Positions 8,907-17,694 of a stretch of 36,593 nucleotides of DNA are shown in pieces. The notes under the pieces are model-generated. The model was not told the origin of the DNA. It ran no database searches and was given only the letters and a program-made list of their open reading frames with translations. The stretch's first letter is position 1, and the number at the start of each line of letters is the position of its first letter. Made by a program: the position numbers and the translations under genes. Location: positions 1 to 36,593 of IMG/VR virus record IMGVR_UViG_3300020044_001106; one strand, written 5' to 3'. The stretch is from a virus. Its lineage: Duplodnaviria; Caudoviricetes.

Positions 8907-9200
8907 ATGCATACTATCAAAGTAAATGTTGTCACTGGCGAAATTGTCCAGATTCCTTACACGGCTGAAGAGCAGGCCCAGTACGATGCAAAGCGAGCAG
9001 CATGGGCTGCTGGCGCAAATGACCGCAAGGCAGCAGAAGTTAGGGCAGAACGAAATGCAAAAATCACAGCGTGTGATTGGCGAGTGCTACCAGATGTTTC
9101 AAACAGTGACGTTTGGAAGGTCTACCGGCAAGCGTTGCGTGACATTTCAAAGCAATCGGGCTTTCCTTTTGACGTGCAGTGGCCCACTAAACCGGAGTAA
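8907..9200 (+). CDS. Phage tail (fibre) assembly chaperone
   Basis: VRAERNAKI..CDW..LPD...W..YRQALRDI..Q.GFP..V.WP.KP is the characteristic signature. Confidence 0.88.
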   Translation: MHTIKVNVVTGEIVQIPYTAEEQAQYDAKRAAWAAGANDRKAAEVRAERNAKITACDWRVLPDVSNSDVWKVYRQALRDISKQSGFPFDVQWPTKPE

Positions 9201-9203
9201 AAA

Positions 9204-9917
9204 ATGCCAGTAACAATTAACGGTAGCAACACACCCACGGCTGGCGGCATAACGTACGGCGACGGGACAACGTATGCAAACACAGCGGCTGGGACTGCTG
9301 GTCAGGTTTTGTTGAGCGCAGGTGCTTCGGCTCCTGCTTGGACTGCGCAATCCGCCCTCTCTGTTGGTTCGGCTACAACGGCTACAACGGCCACTAACTT
9401 GGCTGGTGGTTCTAACGGCACTATCCCCTATCAATCGGCTGCTGGCACAACGCAGATGTTGGCAGTTGGTACAGCAGGGCAAGTACTTCAAACAAACGGA
9501 GCCGGTGCTCCTACTTGGGTAACTGTAGCTTCCGGACTATCTGGAGCAAGTCAGGCTCAAATGGAAGCGGCGTCTAGTACCACTGTTGCCGTAACTCCCG
9601 CTGTTGCGCAATACCATCCTAGCGCTGCCAAATGCTGGATTAAGTGTACAAGAACCACTAATCAGGCTTCTTATAACGTAGCTTCAATTAGTGATTTAGG
9701 AACAGGTTCTGTTCAAGTAACTATGACTACTTCTTTTAGTAGCGCAAATTATGCAGTGTCGGCGGCTTTGTTAGCTAGCGGTGGCACGTCTGTCTTGACT
9801 TTGAATGTGTGGACTCAAACGGCTGGAACATTCATACTGAATAGTTATGAATCATCTTCTGGTACTTCATCCAACGCAGTATCGTTTTTTGCTAGTTGTT
9901 TTGGAGATCAAGCATGA
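9204..9917 (+). CDS. Tail fibre / receptor-binding protein, cassette 2
   Basis: Shared stem modules (TATTATNLAGG, GQVLQTNG..APTW), then AAKCW...SYNVASISDLGTG tip domain. Confidence 0.8.
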   Translation: MPVTINGSNTPTAGGITYGDGTTYANTAAGTAGQVLLSAGASAPAWTAQSALSVGSATTATTATNLAGGSNGTIPYQSAAGTTQMLAVGTAGQVLQTNGAGAPTWVTVASGLSGASQAQMEAASSTTVAVTPAVAQYHPSAAKCWIKCTRTTNQASYNVASISDLGTGSVQVTMTTSFSSANYAVSAALLASGGTSVLTLNVWTQTAGTFILNSYESSSGTSSNAVSFFASCFGDQA

Positions 9918-10165
9918 AAAAAATTGTTTACACACAGGCCAACGGAGTGTTGGCGATTGTTACGCCTGTTATTAACACATCGCCTGTCTTGGAAAATATT
10001 ACAGAGCAGCAGGCGTTGGAGCGGGCTATTTCTAAATTACCAGTAGATGTGGGTAGTTACGTTCTAGTAGATGAAGCCAATATTACAACGGACGAAACAC
10101 ATCGAAATGCTTGGGTGCTTTCGGAAGATAAAACATCTGTGGTCGTTGACTCTGCAAAAATATAA
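9914..10165 (+). CDS. Putative fibre chaperone / accessory protein, cassette 2
   Basis: GGAG RBS and ATGA overlap support ATG 9914; IVYTQ.NG.LAIVTP...HRNAW pattern; position directly after a fibre. Confidence 0.65.
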   Translation: MKKIVYTQANGVLAIVTPVINTSPVLENITEQQALERAISKLPVDVGSYVLVDEANITTDETHRNAWVLSEDKTSVVVDSAKI

Positions 10166-10170
10166 ACATT

Positions 10171-10189
10171 GGAGTAAAAAATGCCAGTA
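10171..10189 (+). repeat. Cassette-junction repeat GGAGTAAAAAATGCCAGTA (identical copy at 9194-9212; variant GGAGTAACAAATGCCA at 10285-10300)
   Basis: Direct sequence comparison. Confidence 0.9.
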
Positions 10190-10291
10190 GTAATCACAGG
10201 CAACAACACACCCACAGCGGGTGGCGATGCCGCTATAGCTATGCTTGCTCAAGTGCAAGCAGTCAAAGCAAAATATCCAAAATCGGAGTAA
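10181..10291 (+). pseudogene. 36-aa chimeric remnant (fibre N-terminus fused to a chaperone-like C-terminus)
   Basis: Translates MPVVITGNNTPTAGGDAAIAMLAQVQAVKAKYPKSE*; first 15 aa match the N-terminus of 9204 (MPVTINGSNTPTAGG); GGAG RBS intact; below the ORF-track cutoff. Confidence 0.75.
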
Positions 10292-10294
10292 CAA

Positions 10295-12217
10295 ATGCCA
10301 TCAACAATCAATGCCGACAACGGCGTAGTATCCGGCTCCTCTGGGGTCAAAACGACAGCCGACACCAGCGGTGTTTTGGCATTGCAATCCAACGGCTCAA
10401 CTGCGTTGTCTATTAGTACGGGTTTAGTCACCACATTGACTAACCCTTTGCCTGTCGGTTCTGGCGGTACAGGCGCTACAAGTTTGAGCGGTATTACTGC
10501 TGGGTCAGCCACTAATTTGGCTGGTGGCGTAGCGGGCGCTGTGCCTTATCAGTCCGGTGTTGGCGCAACAGGTTTTTCTGCTGCTGGGTCTTCTGGTCAA
10601 GTGCTTACTTCTGCAGGTTCATCCGTGCCTACATGGACATCACAAAGCAGCTTGGCGGCAGGAACAGCCACAACTGCAACTAATTTAGCGGGTGGCGCGG
10701 CAAGTCAAATCCCATATCAGACAGGTTCAGGCGCAACAAGCTTTATTGCCAACGGCACATCTGGTCAAGTTTTAACATCCAACGGAGCTTCTGTTCCCAC
10801 ATGGTCTACCCCTGCTCCAAGTGCTGGAACTATAACCGCTGTTGCATCAGGCTCATTGGCAAACGGCGACAAAGTCATTGTCAATTCCGATGGAACTGTA
10901 AGCGTGGCATCTGGAAGTTACAGTGCCTTAACAGCAGGTACGGCAGTTCAATTCTTTGCTTCAAGCAACGATTACTATGCAACTACATATCATGCTGGGA
11001 CGCAAAAAGTTGTCATTGCGTACCAAACAACCTCTGGTTATGGAGCCGCAATTGTGGGAACCGTTTCAGGAACTACAATTTCTTTTGGTTCGCCTACAAA
11101 CTTTATCAGCAACATTGTTGATTATTTGGCTATCACCTATGATTCAGTCGCCCAGCAGGCGGTAATTGTTTACACAATTAGAAGCGGCCCAACAGCCGCC
11201 TGCGCAATTGTTGGTATTGTTTCGGGAACTTCTATTAGTTTTGGAAGCCAAGCCTTATTTAATAACGCAGAGGCCTACTACCCGTCGGCTGTGTTTGACA
11301 CTAGTGCGCAAAAATTCGTTATTACATTCCAAGACATAACTAGTTTCTTGTCGTACCCCACCTCAATAGTCGGTACAGTCTCAGGAACATCAATTAGTTT
11401 TGGCTCTAAGGTTGTAATTAAGTCTACTGCCGCCGATAACACTGTATCTGCTTTTGATTCCACCAACAATAAAGTTATTGTTGCCTATAGATCTTCGTCT
11501 GTTGGATATTCAAGAGTAGGCACGGTGTCTGGAACAAGCATTAGTTTTGGTACTGAGGCGACTTATGAGGCAACCAGCTCAAAACCAATGGGCATGGCTT
11601 ATGACGCAAATGTCCAAAAAATCATTCTTGTTACGCAATACGGGGCTAATAACTACGGGTATGCGTATGTAGGCACAGTTTCTGGAACGTCCATCTCATA
11701 TGGTTCTTCAGTTACGTTTCAAGCATCACCAATGAACCCTTATGCAAATGTTGTATATGACGCAAATGTAAAAAAGGTAGTTGTGTTTGATGCCAATGCA
11801 AACGCGCTAGTTGGAACAATTTCAGGAACAACTGTAAGTTTTGCTAGTCCCGTCAGTTACAACGCAAACACTTTAAATCTTCCAGCATCCCCAACATACG
11901 ACACAGTGAACAAAAAAGTAGTGGTGGCGAATCGGTTCTCTTCAACGAATGGCTTTTACGCAACCGTTATAAACTCAGGAGTCTTGACCACCAATGTGAC
12001 GGCATCCAACTATATTGGTATATCAAACGCCGCATATGCAAATGGCGCTACAGCAACAATTCAAACTGTTGGATCAGTTGATGACGCGCAAACTGGCTTA
12101 ACTGCTGGTCAAGGCTATTATTTGCAAGGTACAGGAACGCTGGCAACAACCCCAGACTCTCCATCAATATTTGCTGGTACTGCTGTTTCCGCTACTAATT
12201 TAATTATTAAAGGGTAA
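10295..12217 (+). CDS. Tail fibre / receptor-binding protein, cassette 3, with predicted 7-blade beta-propeller
   Basis: Shared stem modules, then seven ~50-aa repeats ([YF]D...KVV...VGTVSGTSISFG). Confidence 0.85.
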   Translation: MPSTINADNGVVSGSSGVKTTADTSGVLALQSNGSTALSISTGLVTTLTNPLPVGSGGTGATSLSGITAGSATNLAGGVAGAVPYQSGVGATGFSAAGSSGQVLTSAGSSVPTWTSQSSLAAGTATTATNLAGGAASQIPYQTGSGATSFIANGTSGQVLTSNGASVPTWSTPAPSAGTITAVASGSLANGDKVIVNSDGTVSVASGSYSALTAGTAVQFFASSNDYYATTYHAGTQKVVIAYQTTSGYGAAIVGTVSGTTISFGSPTNFISNIVDYLAITYDSVAQQAVIVYTIRSGPTAACAIVGIVSGTSISFGSQALFNNAEAYYPSAVFDTSAQKFVITFQDITSFLSYPTSIVGTVSGTSISFGSKVVIKSTAADNTVSAFDSTNNKVIVAYRSSSVGYSRVGTVSGTSISFGTEATYEATSSKPMGMAYDANVQKIILVTQYGANNYGYAYVGTVSGTSISYGSSVTFQASPMNPYANVVYDANVKKVVVFDANANALVGTISGTTVSFASPVSYNANTLNLPASPTYDTVNKKVVVANRFSSTNGFYATVINSGVLTTNVTASNYIGISNAAYANGATATIQTVGSVDDAQTGLTAGQGYYLQGTGTLATTPDSPSIFAGTAVSATNLIIKG

Positions 12218-12219
12218 AC

Positions 12220-12471
12220 ATGAAAACGCTTGTTAAAGGCAATTTGTCTGCGTACCTCTTTGAAGACTTTGAAGTTGTCAATGTAGGTTTTGATAGGACA
12301 ATCATTGGTAATCCAGAACAATTTGTTATTGCAGATTGCAATTCAACAAACTCAATCATGTACGAAAATATTACACCCCCCGGAGATTGGGCTGGTTGTA
12401 AATATTTGTATGCTGGTGGCGTTTGGACAATTAACCCAGATTATCGTGACAAACCGTCACATGCGGGGTAA
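12220..12471 (+). CDS. Small accessory/chaperone protein of cassette 3
   Basis: 83 aa directly after fibre; PPGDWAGCKYLY.GG.W..NPDY C-terminus. Confidence 0.65.
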   Translation: MKTLVKGNLSAYLFEDFEVVNVGFDRTIIGNPEQFVIADCNSTNSIMYENITPPGDWAGCKYLYAGGVWTINPDYRDKPSHAG

Positions 12472-12473
12472 AC

Positions 12474-12626
12474 ATGAACTTAGTACTGACAGTCGAAGAA
12501 ATTAACGTCATCATGCACGCTTTGGGTGAGTTGCCTGCTAAAACCAATGCGTATGCGTTGGCGATGAAGATTAAAGAGCAAGCCGAACCCCAGCTTCCCA
12601 AAGAGGCTGCGCCCGAACAAACATGA
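12474..12626 (+). CDS. 50-aa helical hypothetical protein (MNLVLTVEEINVIMHALGELPAKTNAYALAMKIKEQAEPQLPKEAAPEQT)
   Basis: Not in ORF track; fills the gap exactly; same GGGTAAACATGAA start context as 12220. Confidence 0.75.
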   Translation: MNLVLTVEEINVIMHALGELPAKTNAYALAMKIKEQAEPQLPKEAAPEQT

Positions 12627-12629
12627 TAA

Positions 12630-12917
12630 ATGCGCTGGCTCCTTCTGTTATTGCTGTTGGGGCTAGTTGGAGCCGTGGCCAAGAATGGCTGTCATGTGCG
12701 CGAGTTCTATGGGATAGGCTACACAATACACAATCCGTCCGAGCGCCATCAGCAGATGTCTATGTGGCTGACAAACAACGCACAGCACTGCCGACCCCAA
12801 GATTATGTGGTGATGTGGAACAACTTGTCAGAATGGGCTGGCGCGGCGGATTCGGCAGAGCTTAGAACTAAAGTTATACATGGATACAAGGACGCGCTTG
12901 ATCGGGAAAAGAAGTGA
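12630..12917 (+). CDS. Putative exported protein with N-terminal signal peptide/TM segment
   Basis: MRWLLLLLLLGLVGAVA leader; two Cys residues. Confidence 0.65.
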   Translation: MRWLLLLLLLGLVGAVAKNGCHVREFYGIGYTIHNPSERHQQMSMWLTNNAQHCRPQDYVVMWNNLSEWAGAADSAELRTKVIHGYKDALDREKK

Positions 12918-13153
12918 AGATCAGTTACGACAAGTGGTATCCAGTAGTGCAACCTACTGCGACCACGCAGACAGATGTGTTTGCCAAACGGGTGGAAAGG
13001 CTGGATGCTGAACGAGCAGTACAGGTGCAGATTGACAAACAGGTAAAGAAGTTTCACCAGTATGAGTATGAGATTTATGAATACAGGATGCGGCAGATAA
13101 CAATAAACATTGACATCACAAACCTTAAACGCGAGATTGACAAACTTGTATGA
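12914..13153 (+). CDS. Hypothetical coiled-coil protein
   Basis: GTGA and ATGA overlaps with both neighbours. Confidence 0.6.
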   Translation: MKISYDKWYPVVQPTATTQTDVFAKRVERLDAERAVQVQIDKQVKKFHQYEYEIYEYRMRQITINIDITNLKREIDKLV

Positions 13154-13431
13154 CCAAGAAACCGATACCCAGACCAGTCAGGAAGCCACAGATGGAGACA
13201 AAAGAAAAGCTGACGCTGTGGGTCACCCTCATGGTAAGCACGACCCTGTGTATCTCCGTATTGGCTATGGTAATCAGCTTTATGTTGGGTCTGTGGGCCA
13301 AGGAAGTGGACAACGCCGAGATTTTCAAAATGATTTCACCCGCTTTTTCTACTCTTATCGGCGGCATGATTGGGTTCCTGTCTGGTATCAAACTCATGCA
13401 AAACGATGACAAAAAGGACTCTAAATGCTAA
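13150..13431 (+). CDS. Two-TM membrane protein (holin/antiholin candidate)
   Basis: Basic N-terminus, two hydrophobic segments, charged C-terminus; adjacent to lysis genes. Confidence 0.65.
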   Translation: MTKKPIPRPVRKPQMETKEKLTLWVTLMVSTTLCISVLAMVISFMLGLWAKEVDNAEIFKMISPAFSTLIGGMIGFLSGIKLMQNDDKKDSKC

Positions 13432-13940
13432 CGCTTCTCTCAACCCTGATCTCGTTCCTGATGGGCGGCTTGCCCAAGCTGTTGGACTTCTTTCAAGACC
13501 GTGCTGACAAACTACATGAATTAAACCTTGCTCGGCTACAGATTGAGCGTGAGTTAGAGCTACGCAAGGCTGGCTTTGAAGCGCAGGAGCGCATTGAGAA
13601 TATTCGGTCAGAGCAGTTGGCAACCGAGAGCGCAGCCAATACCCAGCAAGTTTTGATTGGGGCACAACAAGCCGAGATGCAGGCCATCTACGCTCACGAT
13701 GAAAGTTTAAACGAGGGAACGTCCCAGTGGATGAAGAACCTCAGAGCCAGCGTTCGCCCTGTCATTACCTACGGTTTCTTCTTCCTGCTGTTGTTTGTGG
13801 ATGTTGGCCTGTTTGCCTACGGCTGGCACAGTGGTGCTACGTTCGTAGAGTTAGCCGAGATGCTTTGGGACTCTGACACCCAAGCTTTGTTTGCTTCTAT
13901 CATAGCTTTCCACTTTGGTGGTCGGGCGTTTGGTAAATGA
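13425..13940 (+). CDS. Putative holin (GTA 3TM-holin-like)
   Basis: Hydrophobic N-terminus, coiled coil, RASVRPVITY + TM, C-terminal FHFGGR; overlaps endolysin start. Confidence 0.7.
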   Translation: MLTLLSTLISFLMGGLPKLLDFFQDRADKLHELNLARLQIERELELRKAGFEAQERIENIRSEQLATESAANTQQVLIGAQQAEMQAIYAHDESLNEGTSQWMKNLRASVRPVITYGFFFLLLFVDVGLFAYGWHSGATFVELAEMLWDSDTQALFASIIAFHFGGRAFGK

Positions 13941-14413
13941 ACATCTCAGAGAAGTGCCTGCACATGATCCGCCATCACGAGGGGGTCAGGCAGAATCCAT
14001 ACAAATGTCCAGCTAAGTTGTGGACTGTGGGGGTTGGGCACGTCATGTTTCCAGAGCAGGGCAAGCTCAAGATAGACCAGCGGGATGCCTTTGTGCCACC
14101 GCCAGAGTCTATGCGTAAGCACAGCATGGAGGAAGTCAATGAAATACTTAAAGCCGATCTTGCTAGGTTTGAGCGAGGCGTGGCTACCTATTGTCCTGTT
14201 CCTCTTACTCAAGGACAGTTTGACGCACTTGTATCGTTTTCATTCAATGTTGGGCTAGGCACACTCCAGCGTTCAACCATGCGCCAAAAGGTAATTCGTG
14301 GTGATATGGCGGGGGCCGCAGAAGAACTCTTGAAGTATTGCATGGCGGGGGGTAAAATTCTCAAAGGGCTACAGAAACGTCGGATTGACGAACGTGCCGT
14401 GTTTCTATCTTAG
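13937..14413 (+). CDS. Endolysin, GH24 phage lysozyme (muramidase)
   Basis: EG...PY.C....WT.G.GH (E-x8-C-x5-T triad), QGQFDALVSF.FNVG, GLQKRRIDE. Confidence 0.95.
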   Translation: MNISEKCLHMIRHHEGVRQNPYKCPAKLWTVGVGHVMFPEQGKLKIDQRDAFVPPPESMRKHSMEEVNEILKADLARFERGVATYCPVPLTQGQFDALVSFSFNVGLGTLQRSTMRQKVIRGDMAGAAEELLKYCMAGGKILKGLQKRRIDERAVFLS

Positions 14414-14421
14414 GACTGCCG

Positions 14422-16527
14422 ATGCCATTACAAAAAATACTGTTTAAGCCGGGCGTCAACCGGGAGAATACTCGATACACCACCGAGGGTGGCTGGTATG
14501 AGGGTGACAAAATCCGTTTCCGTCAAGGCAATCCAGAAGTTATTGGCGGCTGGGAGCGCATTTCCGCATCCACATTCCTTGGCATCTGCCGTTCCCTGTG
14601 GAATTGGGTCACGCTAGACAACTTTAATTTGGTAGGTGTCGGCACTAACCTTAAGTTCTACATTGAGTCTGGTGGTGGTTACAACGACATCACACCTATC
14701 CGCGCTTCCAGCACAATTAACAACAACCCGTTTGTAGCTACATTAGGCTCGGCTGTTATCACTGTGACCGATACTGCGCATGGCTGTGGTACTGGAGATT
14801 TTGTAGTGTTTAGCGGTGCTGTTGGGCTTGGCGGAAATATCACGGCTCCAATCCTAAATCTGGCTACAGGCTACCAAGTCACGGTACTTACAGTAGACAC
14901 CTACACAATCACTGTTGGCGCAAATGCCAACGCTACAGACGTATCTGGCTCTCCCGGCGGCGGTGCTTCAGTAGTTGCAACTTACCAACTCAACGTTGGC
15001 CCGGCTATTCAAGTACCTCTAGTGGGTTGGGGTGCTGGTGGCTGGGGGCTTGGTGGTTGGGGTGATGGCATTTCTAACACGCTTGGCTTGCAGTTGTGGA
15101 ACCAGATTAACTACGGCGAGAATCTGCTTTACGGCCCTCGTGGGCAGGGCATTTACTACTGGCAGGCTAACACCAGCTTGACAACTCGCGGTGTCAACTT
15201 AAACACCCTTGGCGGTAACGTAACATTTACCAGCGCTTCGCCGACTGTGGTCACCTCCACGTCAGGTATTTTATTTACAGAAGGCGCGGCGCTTCAGTTT
15301 GCGGCTACTTCGCTACCTACGGGCATCTCTGCGGCAACTACGTACTATGCGTTTGAAGTTAATGGCCTGACATTCAAGTTGCTAGACAGCGCAGGAGCGG
15401 CAGTCAATACAGCTTCTACGGGTACGGGCGTATACGTGTCTAAAATTGTAGACGTGCCGACTGCGGTGAATTCTTTTACGGTCTCAGACTCTTCACGCTT
15501 TGTGATTGCGTTTGGTTGCAACGACTACGGCGAGACAGCCATTGACCCTCTGCTAATCCGCTGGTCAGCGCAAGACGACTTGTATAACTGGACGCCAGAC
15601 CCTACCAATCAGGCAGGGTTTACCCGACTGTCCCACGGCTCAGAGATCGTAACGTCCATCCAGACTCGTCAAGAGATTGTGGTGTTTACGGACTCAAGCG
15701 TTTACTCGCTCCAGTATCTTGGCCCCCCATACGTGTGGGCACCGCAATTGCTTGGCGACAACATCTCCATTATCAGTCCTAACGCAGTAGCTCAGGCCTC
15801 GGGTATTGTGTATTGGATGGGCGTGGATAAGTTCTATGCTTACGACGGTCGCATACAAACGCTTAACTGCGATTTGCGCCGCTTCATCTTCCAAGACATT
15901 AACCTTACTCAAGAATCGCAGGTGTTTGCGGGTACAAACGAAGGCTTTAATGAGGTCTGGTGGTTCTACTGCTCTGCCGACGTAACAGCGGTTGACCGCT
16001 ATGTTGTATACAACTACCAAGAAAAAGTCTGGTACTACGGCACAATGGCACGAACAGCTTGGCTTGATTCTGGCTTGCAGCCTTCGCCTTTGGCGGCTAC
16101 ATATACCTACAACTTGGTTAACCAAGAGCAAGGGCTGGATGATAAAGAAACCGCTACAACTACTGCGATTAATGCTTATATTAGTTCGTCTGAGTTTGAT
16201 ATTGGCGATGGCCACAATTTTGGTTTTGTCTGGCGCGTATTGCCTGACCTCACCTTTGAAGACTCTGTAAACTCCCCCACAGGAGTACTGCCCACAGTAA
16301 CCATGACGCTGTACGGTCTGGCAAATTCAGGTTCTGGGCAGACTAGTACCGCCGCCCAACCTGTGGTTAAGGGCAATACATACGTACTTACAGAAGAGTT
16401 CACGGGTCAGATATTTACCCGCATGCGCGGTCGCCAGATGATTTTTAAGATTGGCTCCAACCAGATTGGCACGGCTTGGCAGCTTGGCGCTCCCCGTATA
16501 GATATTAGACCAGACGGCAGACGCTAA
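14422..16527 (+). CDS. Tail nozzle / tubular protein B-like (P22 gp10-like) with inserted beta domains
   Basis: 701 aa; beta-propeller-type motifs (IRWS, VFTD, VYWMG..FYAYDG, EVWWFY, YNY.EKVWY); position upstream of ejection proteins. Confidence 0.75.
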   Translation: MPLQKILFKPGVNRENTRYTTEGGWYEGDKIRFRQGNPEVIGGWERISASTFLGICRSLWNWVTLDNFNLVGVGTNLKFYIESGGGYNDITPIRASSTINNNPFVATLGSAVITVTDTAHGCGTGDFVVFSGAVGLGGNITAPILNLATGYQVTVLTVDTYTITVGANANATDVSGSPGGGASVVATYQLNVGPAIQVPLVGWGAGGWGLGGWGDGISNTLGLQLWNQINYGENLLYGPRGQGIYYWQANTSLTTRGVNLNTLGGNVTFTSASPTVVTSTSGILFTEGAALQFAATSLPTGISAATTYYAFEVNGLTFKLLDSAGAAVNTASTGTGVYVSKIVDVPTAVNSFTVSDSSRFVIAFGCNDYGETAIDPLLIRWSAQDDLYNWTPDPTNQAGFTRLSHGSEIVTSIQTRQEIVVFTDSSVYSLQYLGPPYVWAPQLLGDNISIISPNAVAQASGIVYWMGVDKFYAYDGRIQTLNCDLRRFIFQDINLTQESQVFAGTNEGFNEVWWFYCSADVTAVDRYVVYNYQEKVWYYGTMARTAWLDSGLQPSPLAATYTYNLVNQEQGLDDKETATTTAINAYISSSEFDIGDGHNFGFVWRVLPDLTFEDSVNSPTGVLPTVTMTLYGLANSGSGQTSTAAQPVVKGNTYVLTEEFTGQIFTRMRGRQMIFKIGSNQIGTAWQLGAPRIDIRPDGRR

Positions 16528-16799
16528 TGGCTGAACTAAACGCAACCGCACCAAACTTGCCGCTGGCTCCCAATGAGTACGAACGCCGGTATCAAGACCA
16601 GATTAACAACATCTTGCGTTTGTACTTTAACCAATTGTCCAACCCCGGCGACATGGGCGGCTCTACGCTGAACCTAAACCTTGACACCCTGCCAACTGAA
16701 GCCGACTTACCCAATTTGAGGCTTGGCGATGTTTACAGAGATACACAAGATGGTGTACAAGCAACAAGCCAAATGCTTCGCATAAAGACGTCAACATGA
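16527..16799 (+). CDS. Small tail-associated protein
   Basis: TAATG coupling to nozzle gene; PNLPLAP.EY...LRLYFNQL. Confidence 0.7.
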   Translation: MAELNATAPNLPLAPNEYERRYQDQINNILRLYFNQLSNPGDMGGSTLNLNLDTLPTEADLPNLRLGDVYRDTQDGVQATSQMLRIKTST

Positions 16800-16805
16800 T
16801 ATTAT
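16777..16805 (+). promoter_or_regulatory. Possible internal sigma70 promoter TTCGCA-17-TATTAT with extended -10 TG
   Basis: Spacing counted by hand; lies just upstream of the GNAT-like/cupin/ejection block. Confidence 0.4.
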
Positions 16806-16833
16806 CTAGCAACCCCCATTTTGAGAGGCAAAA

Positions 16834-17280
16834 ATGATTTCACAAGGCTTAGGCGGATTAGATGCCGGAGATGTAAATTTTGTGCGCCAAGCGTTGGGTA
16901 ATGCTTCGCGGCAAGAAGCCCTGCGGACAATTGATATTTTTAACGACTACTTTCAAAAAGCCAATGTTTCTCCAGAGCAGGGGGAGAAGCTAATACAGGC
17001 GGCGGTTAACAGCGGTTCTAAATTTGACCGAGACGGAAATACAGTAATGGCGTTTAAGCCGTTGTCTCCTAATGCGGCGCAGATTTATTTCTTTTCCGTG
17101 GACAGGCCCGAGGCTTTTGCGCAATCTATGGCTAAACTGCTTGTCCCTTTGAAGCAATCTGGCGTACGGATTGTGTACATGAACAAAATTGATCCCATGA
17201 TTGTTAAGACAATGCAAGCTGTAGGTGTACAGACACAGCAATCAGACAGACCAGATAACAAGGTTATGGGAATGCTATGA
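16834..17280 (+). CDS. Hypothetical protein, possibly a degenerate GNAT-like fold
   Basis: GAGG RBS; alternating beta/alpha pattern; occupies the slot where podoviruses often carry an acetyltransferase-like gene. Confidence 0.5.
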   Translation: MISQGLGGLDAGDVNFVRQALGNASRQEALRTIDIFNDYFQKANVSPEQGEKLIQAAVNSGSKFDRDGNTVMAFKPLSPNAAQIYFFSVDRPEAFAQSMAKLLVPLKQSGVRIVYMNKIDPMIVKTMQAVGVQTQQSDRPDNKVMGML

Positions 17281-17693
17281 ACACTGAAGTAGTTGAGCAA
17301 AGCAGCAATCTAACATCGAATAAGGTCGATGCTTTAGTACGGGAGATGTCCGCGCTCCCCCAAGTAGATTGCCCTGTCCAACACTTTTTTGGGCCTAATA
17401 TTTATATTCGTGAAGTGGTGATGCCAGCAGGTACGGTTGTAGTGGGGAAGTATCATAAAGACGACCACCTGTGCAACATGATTGAGGGCCGCATGGTTGT
17501 AGTCGGTGAAGATGGAGAACAGCGTGAGGTTGCCGCCCCCGCTGTATTCATGGCTAAAAAAGGCCGCAAAACCGCGTACATCATTGAGACTGTTCGCTTT
17601 CAAAATATCTTTTCTACCAATGAAACTGACGTAGAAAAACTAGAGCACATGTTGGTGGAAGACTCCCCAGCATTGTTGGAACAAGGGGAATAA
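17277..17693 (+). CDS. Cupin (RmlC-like double-stranded beta-helix) protein
   Basis: YIREVVMPAGTVVVGKYHKDDHLCNMIEG: PAG turn followed by HxxxH of cupin motif 1. Confidence 0.7.
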   Translation: MNTEVVEQSSNLTSNKVDALVREMSALPQVDCPVQHFFGPNIYIREVVMPAGTVVVGKYHKDDHLCNMIEGRMVVVGEDGEQREVAAPAVFMAKKGRKTAYIIETVRFQNIFSTNETDVEKLEHMLVEDSPALLEQGE

Positions 17694-17694
17694 T

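Noticed and set aside
7773-12217. Diversity-generating retroelement or invertible shufflon for fibre tips
   Set aside because: No reverse transcriptase, no template/variable repeat pair differing at adenines, no invertase and no inverted cassettes in the window
12630-12917. Lipoprotein o-spanin
   Set aside because: Cys is preceded by AKNG, not a canonical lipobox; sequence is not Pro-rich and has no nested Rz/Rz1 arrangement
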